Source: Clostridia bacterium (GTDB taxonomy: Bacteria; Bacillota; Clostridia; Oscillospirales; CAG-272). Taken from it: DNA of 64,000 bases. Below the pieces are notes generated by a model that was not told the origin of the DNA, searched no databases, and saw nothing but the letters and a program-made list of their open reading frames with translations. Location: positions 74,372 to 138,371 of the forward strand of contig JAFTLJ010000072.1 of NCBI GenBank assembly GCA_017456005.1. Reading direction: 5' to 3'. Positions 51,764 through 62,607 of this stretch are shown here, one piece after another. Position numbers and translations under genes: made by a program. Numbering within the stretch: the stretch's first letter is position 1; every line of letters starts with the position of its first letter.

Positions 51764-54700
51764 TTAAAACAGTGACATCTGGCTCGTTTCGGAAAGACCA
51801 TCAAGCGCGCCGTTATTTTGTAAAATTTCTATAACTGCTTTGGAAATGCCTGTGCGCTCTCGCAAGTCTTCCACAGAAAGGTATTCTCCACCCGGGCGAG
51901 AATCTACAATACTTTGTGCTGCTGCATCTCCGAGACCGGAAAGCGAGGAAAAAGGCAAGCGTATTTTGCCATCTTCGGTCAGATAATATTTAGCATCTGA
52001 TTTATATATATCAACAGGTAAAAATTTAAATCCACGTGCTAAATATTCGTATGCCATAAGCATGGCCGAGTACGTTTCATTATCCTTCTGCGTAGCTTCT
52101 TTCCCTTTTGCCTTTATTTCTTCCATCGTTTGCAAAATAGCGTCTTTTCCGCGCATAGCAAGTTCTCCGTCGAAACCGCCGGGTGCAGCACTCCAATAGC
52201 CTGCATAGAAGGCAAGGGGCATATGAACCTTATACCAGCCTATTCGTATAGCGCTCATTACATAAGCCGCCGCATGTGCTTTCGGGAACATATACTTGAT
52301 TTTTTTACAAGAATCTATATACCAATCGGGAACCCCTTCAGCTCGCATTTCAGCTTCAAATTCTGGTGTAAGCCCTTTTCCTTTTCGCACCATTTCCATT
52401 ATCTTGAATGCGTGGCTTTTTTCGACGCCGTATCGTATCAGCGCAAGCATAATGTCATCGCGTGTTCCTATAACGGTGGAAATTGTACACGTACCTTTAC
52501 GAATAAGTTCGCTTGCATTTCCTAGCCATACGTCTGTACCGTGCGAAAGCCCTGAAATCTGCAAAAGATCTGCAAAATTTTTAGGTTTTGTATCTTCAAG
52601 CATCTGCATAACAAATTTTGTGCCAAATTCGGGTATGCCGAGTGTGCCGAATTTTACCCCAATGGGTGTAAGGTCGCAACCGAGAATTTCGGAAGATTCA
52701 AAAATTTTATATGTATCGGGGTCGTTCATAGGAACGTCGAGAACGCTTGTATCTGAAAAACGCTCTATAAGCTTATACTTTGTCGGAATATCGTGGCCAA
52801 GTTCGTCGAGCTTCAGGAGCGTATCGTGAAGATACGAGAATGTAAAATGCGTTGTTACAATATCGGAATTTGGGTCGTCCGCAGGGTGCTGAACGGGGCA
52901 AAAATCGTATATTTCGTATTCTTTCGGAACAACAACTATACCGCCGGGGTGCTGCCCTGTGGTGCGTTTTACGCCGACACAGCCTGCAATAACACGGTTT
53001 ATTTCGGATTTATTTACAGAAATATTTTTATCTTCCATATATTTCACAACAAATCCATATGCTGTTTTATCTGCAAGAGTGCCTATCGTGCCGGCTCGGA
53101 ATACGTTTTCTGCACCGAAAAGTTCTTCTGTATACTTATGAACTCTTCCCTGTACATCACCCGAAAAGTTAAGGTCTATATCGGGCGATTTATCGCCGTA
53201 GAACCCCAGAAATGTTTCGAACGGAATATCATGACCGTCGTTTACGAGTTTTTCGCCGCATTGTGGGCAGTTTTTATCGGGCAAATCAAAGCCCGAGCCA
53301 ACAGAACCATCGGTATAGAATTCAGAATAATTACATTTGGGGCAATAATAGTGTGGCGGCAAGGGGTTAACCTCTGAAATGCCGCCCATGGAGGCAACAA
53401 ACGAAGAGCCAACCGAGCCTCGCGAACCAACCAAATAACCGTTATCCTCGCTGAATTTTACAAGCTTTTGCGCTATCATATAAAGAACGGCGAACCCGTT
53501 TTTTATAATAGAGGTGAGCTCTTTGGAAAGTCTGTTTTCTACGAGCTCAGGCAAGGGATTTCCATACATACTGTGCGCTTTTTCATAGCACATTCTGTGC
53601 AGATCCTCTTCCGCTCCCTCAATATTAGGCGTAAAAGTTCCCTCGGGAAAAGGACGTATATCGCCCGAAATCATATCGGCAATTTTATTTGTATTGGTCA
53701 CTACGACTTCATATGCTTTTTCTTCGCCGAGATATTCAAATTCTTTGAGCATCTCTTCCGTTGTTCTGAAATATAAATGTATATCTCTGTCTGCATCGGA
53801 GAATTTTTGCCCCGCAAGCAAGACCTTACGGTATATTTCGTCTTCGTAATTCAGAAAATGCGCATCGCAAGTCGCAACAACGGGTTTGTCTAAAGCCTCG
53901 CCAAGCTTTATTATCGTTTTATTTATCTCTTTTAAAGTATCCTCGTTTGCTACAGTACCGTTTTCTATAAGGAATGAATTATTGCAAAGCGGCTGAATTT
54001 CCAAATAATCATAAAAATCTGCCATAGCAAGCAGGTCATCCCACTGTTTGTTTTCGAGTACGGCGCTGTAAAGCTGTCCTGCTTCACAAGCAGATCCTAT
54101 AATTATGCCCTCCCTATGAGCTTCCAAAACAGTTTTTGGAACACGAGGAACTTTTTTATAATATTCAAGGTAACCTTTTGATATAATTTTATAAAGATTT
54201 TTAAGACCTATTGCATTTTTAGCATATAAAATTATGTGGTATGTCTTGAGTGAAAGTGGGTCTGTGCTTTTGTTCATAGCAAGAGACATTTGTGCAGGGG
54301 TATATATACCTTCGCCAGCCAACTTTTCTACCATTCTATAGAAAATCTTGGCGCACATTTCGGCATCATCACTTGCTCTGTGGTGGTTAAATTCACCAAT
54401 ATTAAAATATTCAGCTATAATATTCAGTTTGTGTTTTTTGAGGTCGGGATTCGCAAAGCGCGACATGGAAACGGTGTCGAGATAGGGGTTTTCAAAAGGA
54501 ATTCCATTATCCTCCGCTACCTTGCGTATAAAACTCATATCAAACGAAGCATTATGTGCAATGAGCATCCTGCTGCCTATAAATTTAATAAAATCCGCAA
54601 CGGCTTCGCTATCTTTCGGAGCCCCTTTTACCATTCCATCTGTGATGCCGGTCAGCTTTACAATTTCCGCCGGAATAGGGGTTTCAGGGTCTACAAAGGT

Positions 54701-56215
54701 CTGAAATCTTTCCAAAACCTCGTTGTTTTTCACCAAAACAGCTCCTATTTCTGTGATTTTACAGCTAAGTGGAGAAAGACCCGTGGTTTCAATATCAAAG
54801 ACCACAAATTCATCTTCGAAGCTTGCTTTATCGCTTCCAAATATGGCTTTTGCAGTATCGTCCACAAAATAACCTTCTACACCGTAAAGAACCTTTATGT
54901 TTTTGCCGTCTTTTCGTAGCTTTTCTACTGCAAGCATCGCTTCCTGATAGCCTTGAACATTTCCGTGGTCTGTAATTCCTATAGCAGGATGACCGAATTT
55001 TGCTGCGGTTTTTACAGCTACATCGGGCGGAATAGTAGCATCCATAGACGACATATTTGTGTGCAAATGGAGCTCTACTCGCTTAACCGGTGCATTATCC
55101 TCACGTGCAAGCTTTTTTATTTCCATCACAGCGTATGGTGTGAGCACGTTTTCATTTTCAAATTCGTCAAAAGCATATTTTCCTTCCAACGCCAAAACCA
55201 TGCCGTCTTTGATATTCAAAAACTCTTGTTCGCCGTTTTCTGTAGAAATAAGCTTTTTTACTGTCAAAGAGCCGTTTTTGTCCGTTATTCCAAAAGAAAC
55301 GGAAAAATTCCCTTTCTTTTTCATTTCCTTAAGGCTATAGCCAAAAACCTCGCCCGCTACGGTTATTCCGCTCATAGCGCGGTTTAGAGCAGCTATGGTT
55401 ACAGGGCGAATATTGAATGACTTTCCGTATATGACACGAGGCTCGCTTACATCAAGAGTCAAGAATCCGACATGGAGAAAACCGTTATCATCAAAATAAG
55501 CATCTTTAATTTCATTTAATAGTGTAGTTTTTGCATTTTTAGGCAGAGATGCTGTATATTCAACCGTTGCCGAACCTTGTGGCGTAACCTTAACTCCGTT
55601 TTTTTCTGCCGCCTGTTGAGCAGCTTTTGTGGGCGGAGCATCTGCATCGGAAAAGCTTCTGCCTGTAAAGGCACGTATCTGGCGCTGAATAGTTTCATCA
55701 AATTCGATATCGGCTGTTTCAGAGTGCGTAAAGTCAATTTCACATTTTATACCGAACTCACGAAGAATTATATTAGAAAGCTTCGTTTCCATTTGCGCGC
55801 ATTTTACAAAGTCAACAGCCCCTTCCCCAACATTTAAATGAATCGTTATCTTTTTTCCTACTATATCAAATGTTGCTTTGGGCAAAAAACTTCTGGAAAC
55901 GGCATCGGTTCTTTGTGCTTCATAAAGAATCTCTTTAAAGCTCTCGTCACAAAATAATTCCGAATCGTATTTGGGATAAATTTTTGCATAATTCAGCATA
56001 TATGCTTTCATTATTTCGCGCTCTGCCGTGTATATTTTTTTATATGGTATAACAAACGGGAAAGAAACGTCTGCCTCTACGGCTCTTTCTGCCTTGGCAA
56101 CTCGCAAATTGCCAACAATTCTGCCTATATCGGTAATTTCGCGGCTTTCGCGAGAAAAATCACATCTCGGGAAAGCGGCAGAAAGAGTTTTTGTGGTTTG
56201 CATTTTTGTTTCCAT
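51764..56215 (-). CDS. polC: PolC-type DNA polymerase III alpha subunit
   Basis: About 1480 aa with PHP, 3'-5' exonuclease (FVVFDIETTGL) and polymerase core. The start could alternatively be ATG 56203. Confidence 0.95.
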   Translation of the reverse strand: METKMQTTKTLSAAFPRCDFSRESREITDIGRIVGNLRVAKAERAVEADVSFPFVIPYKKIYTAEREIMKAYMLNYAKIYPKYDSELFCDESFKEILYEAQRTDAVSRSFLPKATFDIVGKKITIHLNVGEGAVDFVKCAQMETKLSNIILREFGIKCEIDFTHSETADIEFDETIQRQIRAFTGRSFSDADAPPTKAAQQAAEKNGVKVTPQGSATVEYTASLPKNAKTTLLNEIKDAYFDDNGFLHVGFLTLDVSEPRVIYGKSFNIRPVTIAALNRAMSGITVAGEVFGYSLKEMKKKGNFSVSFGITDKNGSLTVKKLISTENGEQEFLNIKDGMVLALEGKYAFDEFENENVLTPYAVMEIKKLAREDNAPVKRVELHLHTNMSSMDATIPPDVAVKTAAKFGHPAIGITDHGNVQGYQEAMLAVEKLRKDGKNIKVLYGVEGYFVDDTAKAIFGSDKASFEDEFVVFDIETTGLSPLSCKITEIGAVLVKNNEVLERFQTFVDPETPIPAEIVKLTGITDGMVKGAPKDSEAVADFIKFIGSRMLIAHNASFDMSFIRKVAEDNGIPFENPYLDTVSMSRFANPDLKKHKLNIIAEYFNIGEFNHHRASDDAEMCAKIFYRMVEKLAGEGIYTPAQMSLAMNKSTDPLSLKTYHIILYAKNAIGLKNLYKIISKGYLEYYKKVPRVPKTVLEAHREGIIIGSACEAGQLYSAVLENKQWDDLLAMADFYDYLEIQPLCNNSFLIENGTVANEDTLKEINKTIIKLGEALDKPVVATCDAHFLNYEDEIYRKVLLAGQKFSDADRDIHLYFRTTEEMLKEFEYLGEEKAYEVVVTNTNKIADMISGDIRPFPEGTFTPNIEGAEEDLHRMCYEKAHSMYGNPLPELVENRLSKELTSIIKNGFAVLYMIAQKLVKFSEDNGYLVGSRGSVGSSFVASMGGISEVNPLPPHYYCPKCNYSEFYTDGSVGSGFDLPDKNCPQCGEKLVNDGHDIPFETFLGFYGDKSPDIDLNFSGDVQGRVHKYTEELFGAENVFRAGTIGTLADKTAYGFVVKYMEDKNISVNKSEINRVIAGCVGVKRTTGQHPGGIVVVPKEYEIYDFCPVQHPADDPNSDIVTTHFTFSYLHDTLLKLDELGHDIPTKYKLIERFSDTSVLDVPMNDPDTYKIFESSEILGCDLTPIGVKFGTLGIPEFGTKFVMQMLEDTKPKNFADLLQISGLSHGTDVWLGNASELIRKGTCTISTVIGTRDDIMLALIRYGVEKSHAFKIMEMVRKGKGLTPEFEAEMRAEGVPDWYIDSCKKIKYMFPKAHAAAYVMSAIRIGWYKVHMPLAFYAGYWSAAPGGFDGELAMRGKDAILQTMEEIKAKGKEATQKDNETYSAMLMAYEYLARGFKFLPVDIYKSDAKYYLTEDGKIRLPFSSLSGLGDAAAQSIVDSRPGGEYLSVEDLRERTGISKAVIEILQNNGALDGLSETSQMSLF

Positions 56216-56219
56216 CCTT

Positions 56220-57299
56220 TTAAATAAGTTTTCTTATTTCTGCAAAAAGCTCGTCTACGATGCCTGTTTCGGGAATTTTGCGAATGATCTTGCCATGTGA
56301 AAAAAGAAGTGCTTCGTGGTCACCGCCGGCAATGCCTATATCAGCTTCTCTTGCTTCGCCCGGTCCGTTTACGGCACAGCCCATTACAGCAACAGTTAAC
56401 TTTTTGTTTACATTGCCAAGCTCGGGCAGACGTTTTTCAACCTCTTCACAAATTTTTATAAGGTCTATTTTTGTTCTGCCGCATGTGGGGCAAGATATAA
56501 CATTTATATATTTTTCGTCTGTAAGCTCAAGCGAACGAAGCAATTTTTTACCGTAATATATTTCGCGAACAGGGTCATCAGTAAGCGAAATTCTAATAGT
56601 ATCGCCTATTCCGGAAAGAAGCAAAGAACCTATGCCCGCCGCGGACTTTATAAGTCCGCTTTCACCTCTGCCGGATTCGGTAACACCGATATGGAGGGGA
56701 TAATTGCATTCGTTTGCCACTATTTCAGATGCCTTTTTCATTTCGGCAACATGGCTGGATTTTATAGATATAACTATATCATCAAAATCGTATCTTTCAA
56801 GCAGTCCTGCGTGGTAAAGTGCGCTTTTGGCAAGTGCTTCTGGTGTCGGTGCGCCGTATTCTTTTAGAATATGAGGCTCCAGAGAACCCGAATTTACGCC
56901 TATGCGTATGGGAATGTTTTTGCTTTTGCAGGTTTGAGCAACAGCTTTTACGTTCTCGTCGGCGCCTATATTGCCGGGATTTATGCGTATTTTATCTACG
57001 CCTGCATCTGCTGCAGCAAGAGCTATTTTATAGTCAAAATGTATATCTGCTACCAAAGGCACCGAAACGCCGCGCTCTTTAAGCTCGGCGATCGTGCGTG
57101 CGGCAGATATATCAGGAAGCGCAATACGTACAATATCAGCACCCGCTTTTTCAAGCGCGGATACCTGCTTATATGTCGCTTCTGCATCGTGGGTATCGGT
57201 GTTTGTCATAGACTGAACGGAGATTGGTGCATTTCCGCCGATATACACATTACCGACCTTAACTTGCTTTGTTATTCTTCTTATATCGTTATAATTCAT
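56220..57299 (-). CDS. ispG: 4-hydroxy-3-methylbut-2-enyl-diphosphate synthase IspG
   Basis: VGNV.IGG.APISVQSMTNT...CPTCGR...MGCAVNGPGE. Confidence 0.95.
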   Translation of the reverse strand: MNYNDIRRITKQVKVGNVYIGGNAPISVQSMTNTDTHDAEATYKQVSALEKAGADIVRIALPDISAARTIAELKERGVSVPLVADIHFDYKIALAAADAGVDKIRINPGNIGADENVKAVAQTCKSKNIPIRIGVNSGSLEPHILKEYGAPTPEALAKSALYHAGLLERYDFDDIVISIKSSHVAEMKKASEIVANECNYPLHIGVTESGRGESGLIKSAAGIGSLLLSGIGDTIRISLTDDPVREIYYGKKLLRSLELTDEKYINVISCPTCGRTKIDLIKICEEVEKRLPELGNVNKKLTVAVMGCAVNGPGEAREADIGIAGGDHEALLFSHGKIIRKIPETGIVDELFAEIRKLI

Positions 57300-57302
57300 A
57301 AT

Positions 57303-58346
57303 TTATTTCTCCATAAAGTTACCTATTATGGCTCCTATATCTTTTATCGTTATAAAAGCCATAAAAGCAAACAAAATCATCATAGCCACAAAATTTATAT
57401 AGCCCTCTACATTTTTATTTATGGGTCGGCGAATTATAAGCTCTATCAAAAGAACTATCATTCTGCCGCCGTCGAGCGCGGGGATAGGAAGAAGATTCAT
57501 TACGCCAAGGTTCATAGCAAGCAATACGAATATATACCAAAGCTTTGCCGCATCATGCTTTGCCGCGTCGGAAATAACGGCAGTTACGCCTACCGGCCCC
57601 GAAAGGTCATTTACACCAAATTTTCCCGTGAATAAATCAGCAAGAGAATCTACAACAGTGCGTATTGTGAGAAAAGACTGCCAAAAGCTCTGTTTCATAA
57701 CAGAAGCAAAATTTTTTTCCGTCCTGTATACGATAAAATCGAAATTGCCGAAAGTAACCCCGGAGGCTTCGTCTGTTTGAGTCGGAAAAACAACATTTGG
57801 AAGAACTATTCTTTCGCCATCGCGAATTACTGTAACGTCAACAGGCTCATAACCGTATCTTCCGATAAAATAGCTGTATTCTTGAGCTATATGAATATCA
57901 TGACCATCTATTTCGGCAATAATATCGCCAACCTGAAGACCGTAGTTATTTGATGTTGCTTTATCATCGAAAGCTGCTATCTGAGTTCCCGGCAATACTT
58001 TAGTATTTAGAACGATAATGAACATTACGATAATTCCAAGCAAAATGTTGAAAACAGAACCTGCCGCTGTCACTATCATTCTTTGCCAAACAGGCTTTTT
58101 GTCAAATGCATTCGGGTTGTCGCTTTCTTCGTCTTCTCCCGCCATGCTTACAAAACCTCCTATAGGAAGAGCGCGCAAGGAATATGCTATTCCCGTTTTT
58201 TTCGAAGTTTTTGAAATAAGCTTCGGCCCCATTCCTATGGAAAATTCGTTTATTGCCACATTAAATATTCTTGCTGTGAGATAGTGACCCAGTTCGTGAA
58301 TAAAAATCAAAAGTCCGAACAAGAGAATCGCTATTAAAATATACAT
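57303..58346 (-). CDS. rseP: RIP metalloprotease RseP (M50, with PDZ domain)
   Basis: HELGHYLTAR motif, a PDZ segment and NLLPIPALDGG. Confidence 0.9.
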   Translation of the reverse strand: MYILIAILLFGLLIFIHELGHYLTARIFNVAINEFSIGMGPKLISKTSKKTGIAYSLRALPIGGFVSMAGEDEESDNPNAFDKKPVWQRMIVTAAGSVFNILLGIIVMFIIVLNTKVLPGTQIAAFDDKATSNNYGLQVGDIIAEIDGHDIHIAQEYSYFIGRYGYEPVDVTVIRDGERIVLPNVVFPTQTDEASGVTFGNFDFIVYRTEKNFASVMKQSFWQSFLTIRTVVDSLADLFTGKFGVNDLSGPVGVTAVISDAAKHDAAKLWYIFVLLAMNLGVMNLLPIPALDGGRMIVLLIELIIRRPINKNVEGYINFVAMMILFAFMAFITIKDIGAIIGNFMEK

Positions 58347-58430
58347 TAAAAACCTCTCAAATTTGCTGTGTTTGCTATTATAATTTAATTATTATTCGCT
58401 TTGCTTACATATTATACCGCATAAATTATT

Positions 58431-59288
58431 TTATGCAAGAAGCTTTATACCCAATATGGAAACTATAGCCATAAGAATCGGGGCAACAGCGATAATAGAA
58501 TCGAATCTGTCCATAATGCCGCCGTGTCCGGGCAACACCTTGCCATAGTCTTTAATTCCCTGCTCACGTTTTATAAACGAAGTAACAAGATCACCGAGCT
58601 GGGAAACAACTGCGATGCCTGCTGCCGAAACCGCAAGAGCTATATAGTTTACATTGAGCCCTGCAAAGTGCGCAAGGCATACGCCGTAAATTTCAAATCC
58701 TATTATAGAGCCGCATATGCCTCCGATAGCGCCTTCTACGGTCTTCTTGGGGCTTACCTGGGGTATAAGCTTATGTCTGCCGATGGCAACGCCAACAAAA
58801 TATGCAAACGAATCGGTACACCAAGAGCCTATAAATATAAGGTAGAAAAGGTATTGTCCCATTTCCACACCGTCCACAGAAAAATATCTGAGCCCGATTA
58901 TGGAAAGAAAACCGCACATAACGTAGAGTACTGTTGCAACATGAGCTGCTGCTGCAGTATATTTAACCTTACCTGTATTAAACATAGATGCCACAAATAC
59001 AACAAACGCAAAGGCAAATCCAGCGCAAACAAGAAGCTCCATATATTGCTCTGTTCCGCCGAAGAAAATCGTTATAGCAGCCGCTGCGATTGCGAATAGG
59101 TATGTAGGTATGGAAATAAACCACACTTTTCTTACGCCAAAGCAACCGCACATTTCATTTGTAGCAATAAGCGCAAGCAAGCTTATAACTATCATAAAGG
59201 CGTATTTGCCTATTTCATGTCCCGAAAAAACGAGCACGGGCAGGAAAAGTGCAAAAGCCACAACACCTGTGATTATTCTTGTACGCAT
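58431..59288 (-). CDS. cdsA: phosphatidate cytidylyltransferase CdsA
   Basis: C-terminal signature S.IKR..G.KD.G..LPGHGG.MDRFDS. Confidence 0.9.
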   Translation of the reverse strand: MRTRIITGVVAFALFLPVLVFSGHEIGKYAFMIVISLLALIATNEMCGCFGVRKVWFISIPTYLFAIAAAAITIFFGGTEQYMELLVCAGFAFAFVVFVASMFNTGKVKYTAAAAHVATVLYVMCGFLSIIGLRYFSVDGVEMGQYLFYLIFIGSWCTDSFAYFVGVAIGRHKLIPQVSPKKTVEGAIGGICGSIIGFEIYGVCLAHFAGLNVNYIALAVSAAGIAVVSQLGDLVTSFIKREQGIKDYGKVLPGHGGIMDRFDSIIAVAPILMAIVSILGIKLLA

Positions 59289-59290
59289 AG

Positions 59291-59974
59291 TTAAACGCCT
59301 CCAAATCTTCTTTTTCTGTTTCCAAACTGTTCTATCATTTCATCGACCTCTGAATTTTTAAGATCTGGCCATAAAGTATCTGTAAAGAAAAGTTCGGAAT
59401 ATACCGATTGCCACATCAGGAAATTGGAAAGACGCATTTCTCCACCCGTACGAACTATCATATCAGGTGCGGGACAAACGCCGGAATAGATATTGCTGGT
59501 GATATCATCTTCTGTAAATGCTGTTTTTCCTTCGGCAATCAATTTGTTTACAGCATCTACTATTTCTGCTCTTCCGCCATAGTTTATAGCTATGCAAAGC
59601 TTTTTGGGGCGTTCTGCTGTTTCGCTTTCCAAAAACTCCATTTTTGCTCTCATTTCGGAAGAAAAAGGCGCTTTTGAACCAAGAAATACTATTCCTACAT
59701 CTTTATCGAGAGATTTTTTTGCTTCATCGAGGTAATCCATAAAAAGCTTCATTATGGCATTAACCTCGTTTGCAGGGCGCTTCCAGTTTTCGGTGGAGAA
59801 AGCGTAAAACGTGACATACGGCACGCCTATATCGTAGCAATGCGAAGCGATTTCTTTGAATTTTTTTGCGCCAAAAGTATGACCGTATTCGCGAGGCATC
59901 ATTCTTTTTTTAGCCCATCTTCCATTACCGTCCATAATAAACGCAATGTGTTTTATTCCGTGTTGTATTTCCAT
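59291..59974 (-). CDS. uppS: isoprenyl transferase (undecaprenyl-diphosphate synthase) UppS
   Basis: HIAFIMDGNGRWA...FSTENW.RP...RTGGE.R.SNFL.WQ. Confidence 0.95.
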   Translation of the reverse strand: MEIQHGIKHIAFIMDGNGRWAKKRMMPREYGHTFGAKKFKEIASHCYDIGVPYVTFYAFSTENWKRPANEVNAIMKLFMDYLDEAKKSLDKDVGIVFLGSKAPFSSEMRAKMEFLESETAERPKKLCIAINYGGRAEIVDAVNKLIAEGKTAFTEDDITSNIYSGVCPAPDMIVRTGGEMRLSNFLMWQSVYSELFFTDTLWPDLKNSEVDEMIEQFGNRKRRFGGV

Positions 59975-59995
59975 AAGACAGCACCTCTAATTGCA

Positions 59996-60020
59996 GTTAA
60001 CCGCCGTTGTGCGGCGGTTA
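59996..60020 (-). other. GC-rich stem-loop between frr and uppS with no U-tract (possible processing or pause element)
   Basis: TAACCGCCG-5 nt-CGGCGGTTA. Confidence 0.4.
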
Positions 60021-60035
60021 CTGAAAATGTTATTT

Positions 60036-60590
60036 TTAGATAGACATAACGTCGTGGTTTTTCTTTTCTGTTATTGCATCGATCTTTGCAATGTAGTTAT
60101 CTGTAAGTGTCTGAACATCCTTTTCGGAAATTTTCTGTTCGTCTTCAGTAATTTCGCTGTTCTTCTTCATTGCTTTGATCTTATCGTTTGCTTCGCGGCG
60201 AACGTTTCTCACGGCAACTTTGGCATCTTCGCCCATTTTTGTTACCTGCTTAGAGATTTCTTTTCTTTTTTCGCCTGTGAGCGCAGGGAATGCAAGTCTT
60301 ATGCATTTACCGTCGTTCTGAGGGGGGATGCCGAGATCGCTTTCGTTGATAGCTTTTTCAACAACCTTGAGCATATTGCTTTCCCAAGGTGTGATGATGA
60401 TCGTGCGTGCATCGGCAACCTTAACTTCACCAACCTGGTTTACAGGTGTGGGCATGCCCCAGTAGTCAACTCTGATCTTGGAAAGAACGTTGGGGTTTGC
60501 ACGACCTACGCGGATCGTTTCGAGTTCAGATTCATAACCTGTGATGAGTTTTTGCATTTTTGCTTCAAATGCTTTTGTGTCGAGTTTCAT
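60036..60590 (-). CDS. frr: ribosome recycling factor
   Basis: L...RTGRA-like IRVGRANPNVL...I.PW...EERRKEL-like GEKRKEISK. ATG 60590 overlaps the pyrH stop (TAATG). Confidence 0.95.
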   Translation of the reverse strand: MKLDTKAFEAKMQKLITGYESELETIRVGRANPNVLSKIRVDYWGMPTPVNQVGEVKVADARTIIITPWESNMLKVVEKAINESDLGIPPQNDGKCIRLAFPALTGEKRKEISKQVTKMGEDAKVAVRNVRREANDKIKAMKKNSEITEDEQKISEKDVQTLTDNYIAKIDAITEKKNHDVMSI

Positions 60591-61309
60591 TATTTTTCTC
60601 CTCCTACAATAGTTCCTATTTTTTCGCCGCAAACAGCTCTTATAATGTTATCAGGGTCATCGAGACCGAACAGCAAAATCGGAATTTTATTTTCCATACT
60701 GAAAGATGTTGCGGTAAAGTCAAGAACTTTAAGTTCATTTTTAAGAATATCAATATAGTCAATGCTGGGTATTTTCTTTGCAGACGGATCTTTCTTGGGG
60801 TCGGCAGTATAAACGCCGTCTACATTTTTGGCAAGAAGAACGATTTCTGCGCCGATTTCAGCACCGCGCAAAACAGCCGCCGTATCTGTAGAGAAAAAGG
60901 GGCTACCGATGCCGCAACCAAAAATTACAACCTTGCCGTGTTCCAAATGGGAAATAGCTTTGTTGCGAATATACGGCTCAGCAAATGCCTTCATTTCGAT
61001 AGCTGTCATAACACGTGCGGGAGCGCCGATGTTTTCGAGCATATCTTGAATTGCAAGGCAGTTGATAACTGTGGCGAGCATACCCATATGGTCGGCACGA
61101 GTACGGTCCATACCTTCTCCCTGTCTACCGCGCCAAATGTTACCGGCGCCAACAACGATAGCAACCTGAGTACCCATATCAACACACTGTTTGATCGTAC
61201 CGCAAATTGTTCTTAGAAAATTTTTGTCGATTATCTCGCTGCCGCCTGCCATAAGGGCTTCACCAGATAATTTTACCAAAACTCTTTTGTATTTCGGTGT
61301 ATCCATCAT
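60590..61309 (-). CDS. pyrH: UMP kinase PyrH
   Basis: YKRVLVKLSGEAL...VVGAGNIWRG...TTDTAA-like STDTAAVLRGAEI. Confidence 0.95.
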   Translation of the reverse strand: MMDTPKYKRVLVKLSGEALMAGGSEIIDKNFLRTICGTIKQCVDMGTQVAIVVGAGNIWRGRQGEGMDRTRADHMGMLATVINCLAIQDMLENIGAPARVMTAIEMKAFAEPYIRNKAISHLEHGKVVIFGCGIGSPFFSTDTAAVLRGAEIGAEIVLLAKNVDGVYTADPKKDPSAKKIPSIDYIDILKNELKVLDFTATSFSMENKIPILLFGLDDPDNIIRAVCGEKIGTIVGGEK

Positions 61310-61394
61310 TATATTTTACCTCCGCTTAAAATGGCTCTATGATACAAATATAATTTTACCTTAAAATTTCTACTTTGTAAATATCTTTTTTGCA

Positions 61395-61433
61395 AAAATA
61401 CAAAAAACAGACCGAAATTAACAGTCTGTTTTT
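61395..61433 (-). terminator. terminator after the DHHW gene
   Basis: On the minus strand: AAAAACAGAC-11 nt-GTCTGTTTTT, then TGTATTTTT. Confidence 0.8.
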
Positions 61434-61458
61434 AATTTTTTTAAAAATTTCAGCAATT

Positions 61459-62598
61459 TTAAGAGATCGAACCCTGCCCAAGCGTGTTTAGAGTGCCCGT
61501 ATTATACATAAAAAGCACATCGCTGTTTTCGGAGAATTCTATAAATCTTCCAAGGTTTGAAGATGAAACATAACGTATATCTAAAAGCGTTATTTTAGAA
61601 TACGTGCTTAACAGAAGGGGGGCGAGGCTGGAGCCGAATGAATCTCTAAAAATAATAAGTTCCTTCACGTTTGTACAGCTTGGGTTTTCTATTGTTATAA
61701 TGGCACGCGGTCCGTGCAGAAAAACGTCATACGTATCTACAGTGCCAAGTTTCTCTTTGGCATAAATATCGATGTATTTTCCGCTTTCATAATCGAAAAC
61801 TTTGCAGTTTTTTATCTCATTATTTGTCAGATAAATAAGTGAATCGGGCTCTATGGGAAGTGCGGCTTGACCATAATAAGCCCCTCTGAAGCCTTCATAA
61901 ATTTCATATTCGTAATCGTCTGGTTTAATATTTCCCGCTTCACCCATAGAGTCTAAAAGCTTGTTTGCTACACCGAAAAGTTTCTCCTGTTTCCAGTGCA
62001 AATCTGTTCTGTAATAATCATTCTCGGTAAGCTCGCCACGTATATCTATATAATTATACCCACTAAGTTTTTCGTTCATTATGGAAAACATTCTATCGTA
62101 ATCAAGCGAAAGATAGCCGCTCGCTTCGGCAGAATAATAGTTTTTATCGGGTACGATCGTGTAATATACATTTGCATTGTTATTCGAAAAATATTTGTTT
62201 ATAACTTTCAAATATATGTCTGCGGTTCGTTCTACGGCTTTTTCATTCAGCTTATATTCCATTTTGAATATTCTGTCGTTCAATGTAAATATATCATTTA
62301 CATCTTTTTGCATAAATAAATATCGTCGTGTAGCAACATTCAGTGTTCTGAAGCTGTCCCTTGCTATGAACTGATCGAGTAAATATTTTTCCAAAGCATC
62401 GAAATATCCATTGCCGTTTATATCTTTTTTCAAAAGTTTTTCTACGGAAAATTCGGGAAATTCAGCAAGCTTTCTCCTTTCGGAATAGGATATTTCCGTA
62501 TCGGGCAAAAATATACCGGATATATCGAAAAACAGCATAACGCCTATAAAGGAAAACAATATTATTATATTTATAACCTTTTTAAATCTTATTTTCAT
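61459..62598 (-). CDS. DHHW-family protein (MBOAT partner; N-terminal membrane anchor)
   Basis: N-terminal TM. The motif YRTDLHW matches the family-defining D-x-H-W. It lies 9 nt downstream of an MBOAT gene. Confidence 0.75.
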   Translation of the reverse strand: MKIRFKKVINIIILFSFIGVMLFFDISGIFLPDTEISYSERRKLAEFPEFSVEKLLKKDINGNGYFDALEKYLLDQFIARDSFRTLNVATRRYLFMQKDVNDIFTLNDRIFKMEYKLNEKAVERTADIYLKVINKYFSNNNANVYYTIVPDKNYYSAEASGYLSLDYDRMFSIMNEKLSGYNYIDIRGELTENDYYRTDLHWKQEKLFGVANKLLDSMGEAGNIKPDDYEYEIYEGFRGAYYGQAALPIEPDSLIYLTNNEIKNCKVFDYESGKYIDIYAKEKLGTVDTYDVFLHGPRAIITIENPSCTNVKELIIFRDSFGSSLAPLLLSTYSKITLLDIRYVSSSNLGRFIEFSENSDVLFMYNTGTLNTLGQGSIS

Positions 62599-62607
62599 AT
62601 CTTCTCC